A stretch of DNA of 20,000 nt. Source: an uncultured virus (IMG/VR IMGVR_UViG_3300025327_000013) (Duplodnaviria > Heunggongvirae > Uroviricota > Caudoviricetes). The position numbers and the translations under genes were made by a program. The notes beneath the pieces were generated by a model. It had not been told where the DNA came from. It saw nothing but the letters and a program-made list of their open reading frames with translations, and ran no database searches. Positions 17,146 through 20,000 of the stretch are shown here, in pieces (within the stretch, counting starts at the first letter, position 1; every line of letters starts with the position of its first letter). The stretch lies in the IMG/VR virus record IMGVR_UViG_3300025327_000013; one strand, given 5' to 3'.

Positions 17146-18244
17146 ATGGCAACTGCACGCATGAAGAAGGGTAGGCGCCCGCGGGGAGGAGTCACGCACT
17201 CCTCGATTCATGTCCGCGGGTTCGCTCGGATTCAGATGGGGGAGAGGGTCGACGGTCACCTGAAGATTGTCGGTGATTCCGGGTGGCTGAAGAACACGAT
17301 TACCAACGAGGGGCGCAATCTGTACATCGCGGCGCAGGTCGGCTCTGTCACCGGTTCCAAGCAGGTGAACGCGCTCCAGCTTGCGACGCAGCAAACCGCT
17401 GTCGATGCCGCGTCCACGGCTCTTGTGGGTGAGACGCGCGTGCGGAAGACACTGCTGGCGTCCACCCTCGCAACGGGTACGTTGCGGATGACCGCGTCCT
17501 GGTCGTCTACGGACAATGCGGCGGCGATCACCATCGGGTCGATCGCTGTGTACAACACCACTACCGCTGGGGCGGGTACCATGGGATCGGGCCAAAGTTT
17601 CACAACTTTGACTGTAAAATCAACTACTTACAGAGCGCCTGCTCTTTATCTAGTTGGTTGCGGAGCCTTGGCTGCGTGAGCTACCAAGGGATGGCCGCTA
17701 ATTCGGCGAACGCTGTGATGCCAACGCCGAGCGAAATGCCTGAGGCGATGAGGACGCGCTCGCAACACGTCTCAGGTATCTGTGTAGAGATCATATACGG
17801 CCCTCTTCGGCGCGTGCAGACCGGAGATGAAGACATGATCCATGCCCTGGCGAATGATAAGTCAGGGAACCAGCCCGATAGCCCAGTAAATTTGACGCAC
17901 TGCGCAATGGGCGTCAAATCAAGATTTGTCGGCTACGTTACTCCTGCTGCAAAATCAACTAGTTATATCTCAGAATATGAGAGATCGGTTGATAGCAGCG
18001 TAAAGGGGTCGGCGCGTCATATTGGTGACGATATGACGGATGGTGGCGAACTCGGTGGACGCTGTGATGCCAATACCGAGCCAAGCGTTGGGTCAGGGGA
18101 GATCGCACTCGTTTGTACTGACTCAATGGCGTGTGTAGAGACTAGGTGCCACCCTCTCCCGTGCGGTAGTTTGGGAGATGAAGGTATAGTCCACTCCCCG
18201 GCGAACGATAAGTCGGGAGCCACGAGGACGAGTGGCGTTTCTAA
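17146..18244 (+). CDS. Ser/Thr/Gly-rich virion protein, predicted spliced: join(17146..17608,17903..17938,18228..18244), 171 aa
   Basis: Strong SD; NTITNEG motif. Removing two U|...G-bounded group I introns gives an open frame ending GQSFTTSQWASNQDLSATYEWRF*. Confidence 0.75.
17609..17902 (+). ncRNA. Group I intron 1 (294 nt, no ORF)
   Basis: P2 CCTTGG/CCAAGG; P3 GGCCG 17693/CGGCC 17798; P4 TTCGGCG/CGCCGAG; P7 GAGATCA 17787/TGATCC 17836; P9 CCTGGC/GTCAGG. IGS GTTGCGGAG 17657-17665 pairs with ligated exons CTT|CGCAAT. Confidence 0.85.
17939..18227 (+). ncRNA. Group I intron 2 (289 nt, no ORF)
   Basis: P1 TACGT/GCGTA with U.G; P2 CGTCATAT/ATATGACG; P3 GGTGGC 18042/GCCACC 18148; P4 CTCGGT/ACCGAG; P7 GAGACTA 18138/TAGTCC 18187; J8/7 GAAGGTA; P9.0 CTC/GAG directly before the terminal G. 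Confidence 0.9.
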
Positions 18245-18280
18245 CGCATCGCGTTACAGTAGTTTGAGAGAGAATCAAGT

Positions 18281-19399
18281 GTGATTTGGACGAAGGAGAT
18301 GGATGCACTACTGCTCGAGAAGTATCCGAGCGAAGGTGCCCGTCCGTGCTCGGTACTATTCGGCGTATCAATCGACGCCGTATGGCACCGAGCACGGAAA
18401 CTAGGCTGTCATGCGAGCAAGGAAGTGCAGAAGTCTGCCATCCGTAGATGGAAAGACGAGTACGACGACATTCTTCGGAAACGGTATGCAGTCGACGGTC
18501 CACAAAGAATAGCAGCAGAACTCAAATTATCTAGGCAAACCGTAGAGAATCGGGCAGCGGCTCTTGGTCTTACAAAGGGACACTGGAGTCAGGAATCGGA
18601 TGCAGTAATTAAATCCGGTTATGCCGCAGATGGTGCTGCAGCCGTTGCTAAGGTTCTAGGGGTACCAATTTCTGCTGTGTACCACCGTGCCCGACGACTT
18701 GGAATTAAATATGACTGGAAGACTCGTCGTGGACAGTCGCAGTGGCTTTCAGAAACAGTACGTGTAACCGCAGCTATCCGTGATGATTTAAAGTGTGGAA
18801 TTTACGCTATTCGACATGGTGACAGTGGTCGGATGTATGTTGGTAGTGCTCTTGATATCTTTTCAAGATGGAAGGTACATCTAAGGGGTTTGCGTCAAGG
18901 TAAGCATCATTCTAGGGCATTACAAGCAATCTTCGATAAATATGGACCATCAGCATTCGTTTTTGAAGTTTTGGAAGAATGTGCTTCTGAACAGCTTTAC
19001 GAGCGCGAACAGCAGTTCATGAATATTCATAAACCTGACTTAAATTCGGCTCCAAACGCGGGGAGTCCACGTGGCATTAAACGCACTGCTGAGCAACGTG
19101 TTGCCCATACAAAGAGAATAAGAGCTATTTACGCTGATCCAATTAAGCGCAAACGCATTAGGGCAGCAAAGTCAGCGGCTATGCGTGAAAAGTGGAAGAA
19201 CTCAGAATTTCGAGGCAGAATGTCGACGGCTTGGCGTACGCGTCCGTGGGATGGCGAGGAGGATAATTACCTTTTCAATCTCTCTGGGCATCTTCCTCTT
19301 AAAGAATTAGCCGTAGTTTTTGGCCGAACACCGTCGGCCGTCCAAAATCGTGTCCATTTCCTCGGTCTCAGTCTCCGCGCCAAAGGAGCGAGGGTGTGA
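18281..19399 (+). CDS. Free-standing GIY-YIG endonuclease with HTH-like repeats
   Basis: CGIYAI..RMYVGSA..RW..H..FEVLEEC..REQ..N. Repeat W..E.D..L..Y..A..S..V..RA..LG occurs three times N-terminally and once C-terminally. Confidence 0.92.
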   Translation: MIWTKEMDALLLEKYPSEGARPCSVLFGVSIDAVWHRARKLGCHASKEVQKSAIRRWKDEYDDILRKRYAVDGPQRIAAELKLSRQTVENRAAALGLTKGHWSQESDAVIKSGYAADGAAAVAKVLGVPISAVYHRARRLGIKYDWKTRRGQSQWLSETVRVTAAIRDDLKCGIYAIRHGDSGRMYVGSALDIFSRWKVHLRGLRQGKHHSRALQAIFDKYGPSAFVFEVLEECASEQLYEREQQFMNIHKPDLNSAPNAGSPRGIKRTAEQRVAHTKRIRAIYADPIKRKRIRAAKSAAMREKWKNSEFRGRMSTAWRTRPWDGEEDNYLFNLSGHLPLKELAVVFGRTPSAVQNRVHFLGLSLRAKGARV

Positions 19400-19795
19400 A
19401 TGGGCACCGGCTATCTCACCCCCGCGCAAATAGCGCAGATCAAGGCGATCCGAGCGAAGGCCTGGAACCGCCCGTTCACGGTCTACACAGAGGTACGGAG
19501 CTCGCCGACAGATTACTACGACACGCCAGCGCTCCTGCAAAGTGGCACGACCACGGTGCTATCAGGCGACTGGGCCTGGCGCGGGCAGGTGGAGAACCGT
19601 GGAGAAGCGGGTGGAGTGATCCAGCATGCGGACTTAGCGCTGGCAACGGATATCCTGTATTCCGGCTCCCTGATGCAGGCGGGGGTACGACTGGTCGTCG
19701 ACGGCATCACGGTGGCGGTGATACGGGCATCCCCGTACCCAGATTCAGGGGAAATCGTTGTGAACGCTGTCAGAGTTCTGACGACCAATGAGTAA
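19400..19795 (+). CDS. Putative head-closure/adaptor protein
   Basis: AAGGAG SD; beta-rich with RLVVDG; size and position. Confidence 0.6.
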   Translation: MGTGYLTPAQIAQIKAIRAKAWNRPFTVYTEVRSSPTDYYDTPALLQSGTTTVLSGDWAWRGQVENRGEAGGVIQHADLALATDILYSGSLMQAGVRLVVDGITVAVIRASPYPDSGEIVVNAVRVLTTNE

Positions 19796-20000
19796 TCTGC
19801 TCCTCGCGCTCTCGGACGTCTCACGCCTTGTCGTGACGGGGTCCTTCTGGTGGTTTGTCATCAAATTCTGGAACATCAGGAACGGACTCGTGCTCCGTCG
19901 GTTCGCGGATTTCATTGTTGCGCTGGCACTCACCAGTAGCTGGATTACCCTAGTACATTTCGACCGGCGATTCGATGTATTGCCAATGATCGATCTCAAC
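19788..20000 (+). CDS. Membrane protein, 3'-truncated by window (not in ORF track)
   Basis: MSNLLLALSDVSRLVVTGSFWWFVIKFW...FIVALALTSSWITLV...; open to the window end. Confidence 0.55.
   Translation, partial: MSNLLLALSDVSRLVVTGSFWWFVIKFWNIRNGLVLRRFADFIVALALTSSWITLVHFDRRFDVLPMIDLN

Noticed and set aside
17609..17679. ORF-track C-terminus of the 17146 gene as the true end
   Set aside because: It reads into the 5' hairpins of intron 1; splicing gives a more coherent end.
17658..18284. 208-aa + strand ORF across both introns
   Set aside because: TTG start without SD, no protein motifs, and the sequence is explained by RNA structure.
18228..19399. GIY-YIG gene as intron-encoded
   Set aside because: Intron 2 closes at G18227 with P9.0 support, and the next gene starts immediately after the endonuclease stop, leaving no room for an intron 3' end.
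1..20000. CRISPR array, tRNA or rRNA
   Set aside because: No regularly spaced repeats or recognisable tRNA/rRNA sequence seen.

Overview
Segment of a tailed phage or prophage genome; all credible genes are on the + strand and many are joined by ATGA/TAATG overlaps. 1-9311 is a glycan-modification cluster (two GT4, three GT2, two CmcI-family and one class I methyltransferase), interspersed with an HNH-AP2 endonuclease, a LAGLIDADG endonuclease and small Cys-rich ORFs. 9339-9909 looks like a control module (HTH gene, putative promoter, HemP-like mini-ORF, terminator). 10284-20000 is head/neck morphogenesis (protease-scaffold with nested start, decoration protein, major capsid, a GT4-GT9 fusion, head-tail proteins). 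Main finding: a Ser/Thr-rich virion gene starting at 17146 appears split by two tandem ORF-less group I introns (17609-17902, 17939-18227) around a 36-nt micro-exon. Predicted splicing gives ...GQSFTTSQWASNQDLSATYEWRF*. A free-standing GIY-YIG endonuclease follows directly. All family calls and RNA structures were made by eye; no searches were run.
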